DNA from: Promethearchaeota archaeon
GTDB lineage: Archaea; Asgardarchaeota; Lokiarchaeia; Sigyniarchaeales; SOKP01
NCBI GenBank assembly: GCA_048940605.1
Contig: JBHLOJ010000002.1
Coordinates: 17,742-81,741 of the forward strand
Direction: 5' to 3'
Length of the DNA: 64,000 nt
In this document: positions 16,351-25,900 of the stretch, piece by piece
Numbering within the stretch: the stretch's first letter is position 1
How the letters are laid out: each line of letters begins with the position of its first letter
Made by a program: the position numbers and the translations under genes
The notes under the pieces: generated by a model
What the model saw: only the letters and a program-made list of their open reading frames with translations
Databases searched by the model: none
What the model was told of the DNA's origin: nothing

Positions 16351-18618
16351 TCAGGGAATAAAAGGGATTATAATCATTGATCTTTGCCTTATACTAAACT
16401 CTTCATTATCATCTGGAAAAAATGTATATTCCACCCAAATATCTTGACCCTGTAGCTCCAAAACTTCTATAAGAGAGTTAGTCTGTTGAAATGTATTTCC
16501 ATAACCATAGCCATAATTATGAGTTCTATATGTTTCATCGATAAAATCATGAAATGCAGACCATACCGTGCCTTCAGCACAATCTAATAGTGATATTTCA
16601 GCGTCATCAAAAAAACGAAAATTTGAAGTGTACACGACAAAGCAGTTATAGTTAAAGTTAACGTTTTCAAATCCAATATCTTGATCTAGATCCTCATATG
16701 AGACTGTATCTGTCCTGTAATCATAAAGAGTTTCAGGAGGTAACGGCATCAAGATTAATGATCTTTCCAATATGGTGAGTTTATCGTTAGTTACAGGATC
16801 ATAATCATATCCTCGTCCCATAAATCTTAATTCTACTACTAGATCAGTATTATCTAAAGAAAGTTTATCTGCGATTATCATAGTCCCTCTCATTATCATA
16901 TCACCTTGATAAGCGGGAAATTCCCATTGCCTTATAGTATGATCAAAAAGTCCGGAAGTATCTGCATCTGCAAAACGTACCCATCCATTACTGTGGACTC
17001 CATGCAAACTCCCTGGATCATCGGTAACTTGAAATGAAGCAGTATATATAGCTAGATACTCTCCCGTAAGATCATCAATACGAAGATCTTCGCGTATTGT
17101 ATTATCCTGCCATTCTGCAGATTCTGTGCTGCTGATATATGGACAATCTGGTGCTAATGGAATTGCGATTATTGATCTCTGTATTAGGGTAAATGTGACA
17201 CCATCGAAAAAATCTAGTTTGGCTCTTACTCCTCCGGCACCAAGTGTTACTCTATCTGCTACCACTATTGTACCATACATATCCTGGGAAATATCCTCAA
17301 AAAAGCGTTTCGTCCGAGCGATTTCTCCAGCATCAGTTACTAAAGTTACCCAACCATAACCCTCGACCATACTAAAAGCATAAAAATTAGCGGTATATAT
17401 AACAAGATACTCACCTGGAGTGCCAACGGAATTGATGGCAACATCTTCATCTTCCCAACTAAATGGAATATCATCCATTGTCCAATCAACCTCCTCTGAA
17501 CTTTGAGCGTAAAGGAATCCAGAAGGAGTTGTCTCAGTAGAATAACTGAGATAGAGTTGGTCAAATTCTAGAAGAAATACTCCTGTAGTTATTACTGTGG
17601 TTGAGAATCGTAATTTCACTTCATCATTTACACTGATATAAGTAGGACTTAAGCTAAAGCTGTCAATGATCCAATTTGTTCCTGGATTAGATTCTACCGT
17701 ATTCCAAGAGGTTGTATCGTAGTTCCATATTTGCATAGTGGTAGTAACATCGCTCGTTGCACGATAATCATAGTAGAGTGCATCAATTGAAGTCATATCA
17801 ACATCTGTAACATCCCACATCACTGTCCAATCATGTTTATAATTACCGTATTGTTGCTTTACATATACTTTCACATAGACGGTATTAATATCAACCCAAC
17901 CAGGATCATAAAATTCCATCCACGGGTATACATCAGCTACTTTGGCTTGTAGCCAAAATCCATCTAACTGGGATTGACTAAGCGATAATCCTGATTTTGT
18001 GTATGATTTCCATTGATAGCTAGTCCCTGTGGGAGTCCATGAGCCTGACGTACTCGCACTGGTATCTATATCTACGTAGGTCGATGTGGTAGATGCTTGC
18101 TCTTTTATATACGCCCAATAGACCAGTTTTGTTACGTATTCACCAGGGGCAAGTGAAAGCGAAGTAAACTTCCATTTATCACATTTACCTACACTATTTT
18201 CCCTAATATTTCCTCCATCTCCTTCTATAGGAAATTCATCAAGTTTACTCCAATGAGGGGGTCCATCTGCATTATTCCATTGAGTAAGAATATCTGCATT
18301 GGATTCTGAGCCTTGAATTCCAGGCTTGATATATCCTTTATAATATTCACCGCTAGTGGATCCATAACTCCCAGAGTTGACACTCATGGTATCTACGCCA
18401 TCTTCCAATAGATTGCCTGTATCACTTCCTGAACCATAAGGGCTAAAATTAAAGTCAGCCCATTGGGTAGGGGCTTCCTTAAGTCCAACATCACTCTCAT
18501 TTGGTATAGTCTCTAATTTTGGTTTAGAGATTGCAGGTATTGAAGATAAAAAAGTCAATGTTAACACTAGAAAAAGGATAATACTCAAATAGTTCCATTT
18601 TTTAACCTGTAATTTCAT
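16351..18618 (-). CDS. Secreted protein, 755 aa: signal peptide, two beta-sandwich-like domains, then three tandem ~125-138 aa repeats
   Basis: Signal peptide MKLQVKKWNYLSIILFLVLTLTFLSSIPAIS. The three C-terminal repeats (about 17146-17538, 16732-17145, 16354-16731) each contain GEYL(V/A)IYTA(N/S)F-like strands. Each ends in QRSIIAIPL, ERSLILMPL or QRSMIIIPF. Both the N-terminal domains and the repeat type recur in the giant ORF (see findings). Confidence 0.8.
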   Translation of the reverse strand: MKLQVKKWNYLSIILFLVLTLTFLSSIPAISKPKLETIPNESDVGLKEAPTQWADFNFSPYGSGSDTGNLLEDGVDTMSVNSGSYGSTSGEYYKGYIKPGIQGSESNADILTQWNNADGPPHWSKLDEFPIEGDGGNIRENSVGKCDKWKFTSLSLAPGEYVTKLVYWAYIKEQASTTSTYVDIDTSASTSGSWTPTGTSYQWKSYTKSGLSLSQSQLDGFWLQAKVADVYPWMEFYDPGWVDINTVYVKVYVKQQYGNYKHDWTVMWDVTDVDMTSIDALYYDYRATSDVTTTMQIWNYDTTSWNTVESNPGTNWIIDSFSLSPTYISVNDEVKLRFSTTVITTGVFLLEFDQLYLSYSTETTPSGFLYAQSSEEVDWTMDDIPFSWEDEDVAINSVGTPGEYLVIYTANFYAFSMVEGYGWVTLVTDAGEIARTKRFFEDISQDMYGTIVVADRVTLGAGGVRAKLDFFDGVTFTLIQRSIIAIPLAPDCPYISSTESAEWQDNTIREDLRIDDLTGEYLAIYTASFQVTDDPGSLHGVHSNGWVRFADADTSGLFDHTIRQWEFPAYQGDMIMRGTMIIADKLSLDNTDLVVELRFMGRGYDYDPVTNDKLTILERSLILMPLPPETLYDYRTDTVSYEDLDQDIGFENVNFNYNCFVVYTSNFRFFDDAEISLLDCAEGTVWSAFHDFIDETYRTHNYGYGYGNTFQQTNSLIEVLELQGQDIWVEYTFFPDDNEEFSIRQRSMIIIPFIP

Positions 18619-19158
18619 CTTTTTTATTACCTTAGTTTAATTAGATTTTTTAATCTTTTAGTTGTCATGTAAGTAATTAGATACTTACTTGTTTTGGTAG
18701 TTTTTTTTTAAAGTGGTTAATCCTCATTTTCACACTTAATTTCTAAAATTGTAAAAAATTGGATGACCATAATTTTCTAAGATAGATTGATTTTTAAATC
18801 TTATAGAAAATTATATAGAATTTTTTGTGCAAAAGGTATAAATTCTAAAATATTTTTCTTCGATTTTTCTTCAAGATCACCAAAATTTAAAGATTCTGCC
18901 AATTAGTATAACTCTTAAGCAATGGAGGACTTACGACTAAACTGGCATTAATTTTTAGTCTTTGTACTTCATACTCCAGCCTTTTTATGTATACAAAAAT
19001 GTCACTGATGGGTCAAATGAAAAAAGTGGGGTTTTTATACTTTGAGTCAATTTGTGATCGAGGCCTAGACGCGCTCTATCCACAAAATCCGATCCCAACC
19101 GTAAGTTTTAAAAAGCAAACTCCGTCACTATAATTTCTTAGTTTCAAGTGAAAAGTTA

Positions 19159-20361
19159 GTGATCGGAAAATTGGTAGTCAAAAATCTAGGTGTTAATTTA
19201 GACAGTTTTAGACTAACTTGTGATGAGTGCAACTCTGAAGAATTTGCTGAAACCATTGAGGGATATGTATGTAGGGATTGTGGCATGGTACTCACAGTTG
19301 CAAAACTCCAGTTTGATGTTCCTTTTAAACAAGAAACAAATCAACACTCAAAAAGGTTAGGATTTACTCAAATTGGTACAAAAAGAGAGAGAAAAACGTC
19401 ACCACACTCTTGGCTGCTTTATCGACTTAATACGCAGAATCTAATTGTAGAAAGTGAACGTGAAGCTGGAATCAAAGCCGAAAAAAAAATATCAAAAATT
19501 CTTGAGAGTTTAAAGTTTAATAATTCATTTACTGAGGGTATATGTAAGAAATTTAAGGAAATATGGCCAAAACTAAAGGTTGGTTCAATATACCGGAATC
19601 CTGAGAAATTAGTGACGGTAATAATGTATTATTATCTTAGACTTCAAAATATTGTAATCTACAAAGATGAGTTGGTAGAGGTTTCCGAAATTTCAAGAGA
19701 GGAGTTCAGAAATTTTCAGACACAGGTTTCACAGTATTTTCCTGAATATAAGTTAAGGGAACGAAGAGAATTAATATCCCAACAACTTCTGCGTATCCGA
19801 GAACATTTCAATCTTGATATGGATTTCTATATGTTATCAAAGAATATCTTGAATAAGCTCTGGAGGTACATAAATAATACAAAAGATGATGTAATCGCAG
19901 GGCTTTGTGCTTCAATTGCAGTGTTATGTGCTGATAATGAACCAGTTAGGGTCCATAATATCTGCGAATTTCTCAATATCAGAATGAGTACAATTCAGCT
20001 TCAAGTGAAAAAAAAGATCTTTAATAAATTTAAAATCAATGGATTTACAACTCTCGTAAAATCTTCTGGATTATTGAAAACATTTTTAGAAAAAATAGGA
20101 ATATCTATGAGTCAAGGAATGATTTTTTTGAATCTGAATAATAATTTTAGGATATTTAATCCTCTTAATGAGCATTATTTCTTTGAATTAGTAACTGAAG
20201 ATCCAAAGAGTGTAATCTTTGGATATATAAAAATAGGAAAAATCAAGGATAATATTGAAGAATATGGGATAATGATGAATGTAAAGATCAACCTAACTCT
20301 CGGAAAGTTATACCCAAGTAAGGACCCTCCTAATAGAATTAATAGAATGGAAGTTCCATAA
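19159..20361 (+). CDS. tfb: Transcription factor B (TFIIB homologue), a divergent paralogue with a C-terminal extension
   Basis: GTG start. An N-terminal zinc ribbon C-x2-C-x13-C-x2-C (CDECNSEEFAETIEGYVCRDCGMV) is followed by two cyclin-fold-like helical repeats (around KLVTVIMYYYLRLQN and VIAGLCASIAVLCAD). At 400 aa it is about 70-100 aa longer than typical TFBs as I recall them. Confidence 0.8.
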   Translation: MIGKLVVKNLGVNLDSFRLTCDECNSEEFAETIEGYVCRDCGMVLTVAKLQFDVPFKQETNQHSKRLGFTQIGTKRERKTSPHSWLLYRLNTQNLIVESEREAGIKAEKKISKILESLKFNNSFTEGICKKFKEIWPKLKVGSIYRNPEKLVTVIMYYYLRLQNIVIYKDELVEVSEISREEFRNFQTQVSQYFPEYKLRERRELISQQLLRIREHFNLDMDFYMLSKNILNKLWRYINNTKDDVIAGLCASIAVLCADNEPVRVHNICEFLNIRMSTIQLQVKKKIFNKFKINGFTTLVKSSGLLKTFLEKIGISMSQGMIFLNLNNNFRIFNPLNEHYFFELVTEDPKSVIFGYIKIGKIKDNIEEYGIMMNVKINLTLGKLYPSKDPPNRINRMEVP

Positions 20362-20383
20362 TATTATATCAGAAAAAACTATT

Positions 20384-20392
20384 AAAAAAAAA
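20384..20392 (-). terminator. Oligo-T tract (T9 on the minus strand) 18-26 nt after the stop of the S8 protease gene
   Basis: A9 on the + strand, read directly, between the convergent tfb and protease genes. Confidence 0.3.
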
Positions 20393-20409
20393 GAATTTAA
20401 TTGTTGAAT

Positions 20410-22215
20410 TTAAGGTTTAATGATAACGTTATTTCCTTCAATAACGAATACGATCTTGTTAAATTGCATACTACTTGAAACGTAAAACTCCAAGTCAATG
20501 AATTCAGAAATGCCATCGTTATGATCTGCCCCATATAAATCTATGCGTTTATCATCACTAAGCCATAATTTACTCCAAACTTGCCCTAATTCACTATGAA
20601 TAGCTGAAATAAGGTACAATTTTTTCATTTCTCCATTAGGTAATTCGCCCCAAAGCTCAACTTTATCTATATGGGATATAGTATAATGATGTTCTGTTAA
20701 ACGCAGGTGATATCGATTATCTATTGGAAAAGGATCTGAAAGCAAAGTATGAGCATAAACTACATCAATACCCTCTGGATTGTGAATATCCAGTAATCCT
20801 TCATCTATATACGTTTCACCATTAAATACACTTAAGATAGGACAACCTCCACCACCTCCACCACCTCCATTATTTACATACACAGATCTTGTCGTTTGTT
20901 TATAATTTCCCCGAGCATCATAAGCCCTACAAAAAAGTGTATATGGTCCATCACTCACACCATTAGTATTCCATACCCAGCTCCAGCCATCGCTTCCATC
21001 AGTATCTTCGTGCCAGAAGAATGGATTTTCACCTAGCCAAAATTTTACTTTATCTACACGGTAATTATCTGAGGCTGAGGCTCTACATGTAACAGTTCCA
21101 CTGACAATATAAGATGGAGAAGTAATGGATACTGTTGGGTTCTCTAAATCACATGCTCCATAAGCATTTACGAACCCATGTCCATGTTCGTTGTAATTAT
21201 ATCTAAACCCTTCTAAGTCTCGGAAAATATCTTTATCAGCTGTTTTACATAATATGCTTTTAATCTGTGATGGACTAAGGTCTCTCTTCCCATCTTGAAG
21301 ATCTTGTGAAATTATAAGAGCACAAACACCAGCTACATGAGGAGTTGCACAAGAAGTTCCATCAAAATCAGCTTCTATGGTATTTGAAAGATCTGTGGTA
21401 GGTATATTATCCGCAGGAGCAACCAGATCAATATGTGAGCCAAATAACCATGGAAATGGAAGGAACGCCCAATATTCACCATCCCCATAATTACTTCCAG
21501 AATCTGATCCAAAATCAACCCATCGAATAACCTTTTCTCCAGATTGTTGAACACCACCAACAGCAATAACATCTGGATGGCATGCAGGAGACAAAACTTT
21601 ATTTTTGTTATTGTTACCTGTAGCAGCAACAAGCACTATCCCGTTGGTATATGCTGAATGTATAACCTGATGAAAAATCCAAGCATCTTCATTTTTAAAA
21701 GTAAAACTCATTGAAATGACATCAATATTATGACTTATAGCCCATGATACAGCATATTGAATTTGCCAAGGATTAAGGTTTAGACCATCACCATCAATAC
21801 GATACATATAAAGATCTGCTTCTGGAGCAACACCTATAATTCCCTTTTCATTATCTTCGGCAGCTATTACTCCTGAACACATAGTACCATGACCATTAAT
21901 ATCTTCAGGATAGCTATCTTCCCCATAATTATCATATCCTCCTTTGTATCTATCATCTAAATCATAATGATTCATATCTATACCTGTATCAATTACCAAC
22001 ACTTTTACTCCTTGACCCGCAGGATTACCTGGAATCACATCTGTTGCATCTTCAAAACCGCCCCACACCCGTTCAGCGTCTATATAATCAACACCCCATC
22101 CAAGAATATCCTCTCCCTCGCACCTTCCGACTGGAGTAAAACTAAGGGGGATTGATAAAGCAATAAATAGACATAGATTTAGCAAAATTACTTTTGAAAA
22201 GAATTTTTTATTCAT
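20410..22215 (-). CDS. Secreted subtilisin-like serine protease (peptidase S8) with a poly-Gly linker and a C-terminal beta-rich domain
   Basis: Signal peptide MNKKFFSKVILLNLCLFIALSI. The catalytic triad motifs are VLVIDTGID (Asp codon 21988-21990), NGHGTMCSG (His codon 21889-21891) and GTSCATPHVAG (Ser codon 21352-21354). A G7 linker is encoded at 20846-20868. Confidence 0.9.
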   Translation of the reverse strand: MNKKFFSKVILLNLCLFIALSIPLSFTPVGRCEGEDILGWGVDYIDAERVWGGFEDATDVIPGNPAGQGVKVLVIDTGIDMNHYDLDDRYKGGYDNYGEDSYPEDINGHGTMCSGVIAAEDNEKGIIGVAPEADLYMYRIDGDGLNLNPWQIQYAVSWAISHNIDVISMSFTFKNEDAWIFHQVIHSAYTNGIVLVAATGNNNKNKVLSPACHPDVIAVGGVQQSGEKVIRWVDFGSDSGSNYGDGEYWAFLPFPWLFGSHIDLVAPADNIPTTDLSNTIEADFDGTSCATPHVAGVCALIISQDLQDGKRDLSPSQIKSILCKTADKDIFRDLEGFRYNYNEHGHGFVNAYGACDLENPTVSITSPSYIVSGTVTCRASASDNYRVDKVKFWLGENPFFWHEDTDGSDGWSWVWNTNGVSDGPYTLFCRAYDARGNYKQTTRSVYVNNGGGGGGGGCPILSVFNGETYIDEGLLDIHNPEGIDVVYAHTLLSDPFPIDNRYHLRLTEHHYTISHIDKVELWGELPNGEMKKLYLISAIHSELGQVWSKLWLSDDKRIDLYGADHNDGISEFIDLEFYVSSSMQFNKIVFVIEGNNVIIKP

Positions 22216-22436
22216 GGTATTCTCATTTATGTCTTTTTAGTTTAAATTGACTTCATCTATTTAATCACATCTAAAGACAGTGTGATAAAATAGATTTCAA
22301 TTCAGTAATAAGTTATAATCCTTTTTAAACCTTATAGAAAATCTTATAGAAATTCAGTCAGTCCAAAAATTTAATCCCATGGATTGCTGGTATAAATCAA
22401 AGAGTTAAAAAAATTTATTTAAAATTTATGGAATAG

Positions 22437-22565
22437 AAAAGGAGACTCCTACCAGCAAAACCTCAATACGAGGTTAAATCCATTGAGTAGGAGAAGGTAT
22501 ATTTTAAGTGTAACAAATTACACTACCAAAAGACAAAAATCCAGGGGCGCTGGTAGGTGTCATGG
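22437..22565 (+). ncRNA. Candidate structured intergenic element or small RNA (strand uncertain)
   Basis: A 13-bp closing stem with one U-U mismatch pairs GACTCCTACCAGC (22444-22456) with GCTGGTAGGTGTC (22549-22561). It encloses two internal hairpins: CTCAAT/ATTGAG (22462-22467 with 22483-22488) and AGTGTAA-caaa-TTACACT (22507-22524). The element is GC-richer than its surroundings. Its 5' 26 nt recur at 13559-13583. Confidence 0.25.
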
Positions 22566-22901
22566 TTAGGTTCTTATCTTTCTAATATTAATCAATACTT
22601 CTTTTCTATTTAAGTCTATTTACAGTATATTTTTCTAAATATATAAAGAAAAAATTGCTAACTAAACTTGATCTTAACCTCTAATTTAGACAACATTCAA
22701 CCAGATAATATAAAACCATCTAATATCTCAAGTGCAGTAGGAAATGAATTTAAGAAAATGCGACTTTTCATAAAAATTACATTCAATTATAAATTACATT
22801 ATTTTTTGTTGAAGAGGTTGTTAGCGAACTTGAGAAATATGCTTTTAGGCTACTAAATGACTATTTTAGTGAGTGAAGTAAAAAATAGATAACTAAAGAG
22901 A

Positions 22902-25900
22902 TTATGTATTTTTTTCTAGGATCTTTGATTTTTTTGTAAGAATCGAAATCAACATAAGTAAAACTCCTAGAATTATGATTGGTGTATATCCAGGAATATT
23001 CTGTGGAGAATCTGGAGGCGTGGTATCAATCAAATTCACCGTAATAATATTTACATCTTCTACATTTCCCGCATTATCGATAGAATAGAAAGAAATTTTC
23101 CATTCTCCAAAGTTATAATCAGTTAAATTAAAAGGTTGACTAAATGTAAACCATTCCGAATCATTGATCTGATACATGATAATTGATATTCCAGATCCAC
23201 TGTTATCGTCTGCGATTAATGAAAACAAAGTGGATTTATTTACATTAAATAAATCACTGTGAGGATCAAAGGAGATCGTTGTAGAAGGTTTTTGAAGATC
23301 AAAAATTTCAATAGTAAATAGAGATCCCATATTATCATTTATTCCAATATTTCCAACAGTATCATTTGCAATAAACATAATTGAGAAACTATCACCATAA
23401 TTCATAGTAGAAATATCTAAGTTATAGACCCAGTCATCAGCTTCCATGTAGATCATTGAGTGATTTATTGGAATACCTGTTGAATTTTCGCATAAATATA
23501 CCCATAAAATTTCAGAAGAATTGAAGATAGTACATTTAATTTCAAGATTTAGATGATAATACTCTGGGATGAAAGGATTAATAAACAAGTTAGAAACTTC
23601 AAATAAAATAGATGGTGCTTCTGTATCTTTTAGAATTGTTATATTTTTATGTCCAATGTGTCCTAAGGTGTCATTTGCAAAGAAGTAGATTTGTATATAT
23701 CCATCAGCCTTATTATTCCAACCTGTTTGATTTATCGTACCTACTAAATGGTTAATTGTGAGATTTGTAATTCCATTATCTATTGAATACCAGATAGTAT
23801 CTAGGTTACCCTCTATTATCGATAACTCAAACTCAGGGGCTGTAAAACTAAATATTTCGTCTAACTCGGGTGATTTAATTTCAATAATTGGAGCTAGAAT
23901 ATCCTTCCTTATTAATACCTGATCATGGCCTATATTTCCTACACTATCATTGATAAAAAATGCAATTACAACGCTACCATTCATAATTAGATCCCAAGCC
24001 TCTTGATCTATCGTTCCATTTGAAGTGAATGTATAGTTTTTGGCTCCTAAAGAATACCAAGTTAAATTTATATGTGGATCATTGAAAAATACTTCAAACT
24101 CAGGAGCATCTGATCCGAAAAGATCAAACTCATAAGGGCTTAAAATCTCAATTTCAGGAGCAATTATATCTTTATAGACTTTAACTTCACTAAAACCAAT
24201 ATTTCCTGCCTTATCACAAGCATAAAACTTAATGAAAACTGTTCCATTGGGTAAGTTGTTCCATGAATTAAAAGCAAATGTACCATTTCCAAAAAAAGTT
24301 GTATTTGTTTGACCATTATCAAAAGTATACCATGATTTATCGAAATTAGATTCATTTATAAAGATCTCGTAATTTGGAGGAGAAATTCCAAAAATTTCAT
24401 TATTTTTTGGGGTATAAATGATGATGTTCGGTGAAATTATGTCTTTAAGGAGTATTATCTCATCAAATCCTATATGTCCAAGTGAATCATTTGCATAGAA
24501 GCGAACTACAACTGTCCCATTTCCAAATTCATCCCATAAATTCTGATCAATTTGATCATTAAAATCTGTAAATGTGTGATTAACAGATCCTCCAATTAAA
24601 CTGTACCAAGTAATGTTTAGATATAATCCGGTTACTGAAACTCTAAAATTTGGTGCTAATTTTCCAAAGAGTTGATTTTCTGTTGGTAAAATGATCGAGA
24701 TCTGAGGGGGTGTAGGATCATCTCCATCATCCCATATTGGATATAAGTCATATTTAGGGGAAGGTATACCACTAATTTGATATGCAATGTCCCCAATTCC
24801 GTCGTCATTTAAGTCGTTTCCACTATAATCATCCCAATAATTCCCAATTGAACCATTGTCCCAACTATTTATCCCTCCACTATTAAATCCATGTTGTCCA
24901 TTATTTATAAAAGAATTTTTGTATATAAGGTTAAGATAATCTTGACCGGATGGAGTTCCAATACTCAGTCCACGATCAGTGTTGTTTATGATAATATTAT
25001 TCATGAAAATGTTAATATATGGAGAAGGTCTCTCTTCAGTATAAACACCAATTCCATCAGAATTGTTATAAACTATATTACTAATAACTAAAGAATTAAA
25101 TATAAATAAGTCCATTCCTTCGTAAGTGTGGAAGGAAACTCGATTTCTTTCAATAATACAATCATAACCCCCATCAATAAAAATCCCTCTTTCATTATTA
25201 TTAATGTAATTTCCTGTGATTTCTGTTCTACTCCCTAATATCCCAAGTGAAATACCCCTTTGACCAGAATTTGAGATATTGTTATATGTTATTACATTGT
25301 CTGTACAATATTGAAAAAAACCGATCCCATCATCTGTGTTATCTGTAATATCATTTTCAGAAATTATATTATAATCACAATACATGTAAAAAGATATCCC
25401 ATTTCCACTGTGATTAAAGATCTCATTATTTAATATCTGATTCCATTCACAATTTTCCCATAAGTAGATGCCTTGATACTGATTATCATGAATTATGTTA
25501 TGGATTATTATCCCATTCTGTGTATTATTAAGCCAAATACCTCTTTTAACACCGTTAAATAGCTCACAATTTTGAATTATGAAATGGACATTAGAATTAA
25601 GAACCGTTATGCAGCTATCGTTTGTATATCCATCAATAATAACATTTTCTATAATATAAGGATCAAGAACAGTTCCAGAGCCTCTACACCAAGGATTTTC
25701 TGATTCAATTTTGGCCCAATTGTAGTTAGGATCAGAATTATCAATATATATCGGAACACCACTAAGATTCCACATTCTTATGTAATTAATATCCTTTAGA
25801 ACAACTAATTCTTGATAAGATACTCGTCCTAAAGTATCGTTTGCGTAAAATTTGATTGAAATCGTACCATTTTCACATGAGTCCCATGCTCCTTGATCTA

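Noticed and set aside
18990-19100. A GC-richer patch upstream of tfb (…GATCGAGGCCTAGACGCGCTCTATCCAC…) as a tRNA or small RNA
   Set aside because: I could find no cloverleaf, no T-loop consensus and no convincing stems on either strand. It is probably just promoter-distal spacer.
22444-22561. The long-range inverted repeat as the terminal inverted repeats of a MITE or IS
   Set aside because: I could see no target-site duplication and the window has no transposase. Only the 5' portion recurs elsewhere. It is kept as a low-confidence structured-RNA candidate instead.
22668-22856. A 62-aa intergenic + strand ORF between the protease and adhesin genes
   Set aside because: It has a non-ATG start, no upstream signal and an AT-rich shadow-like composition. 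It may lie in the 3' flank of the adhesin gene.
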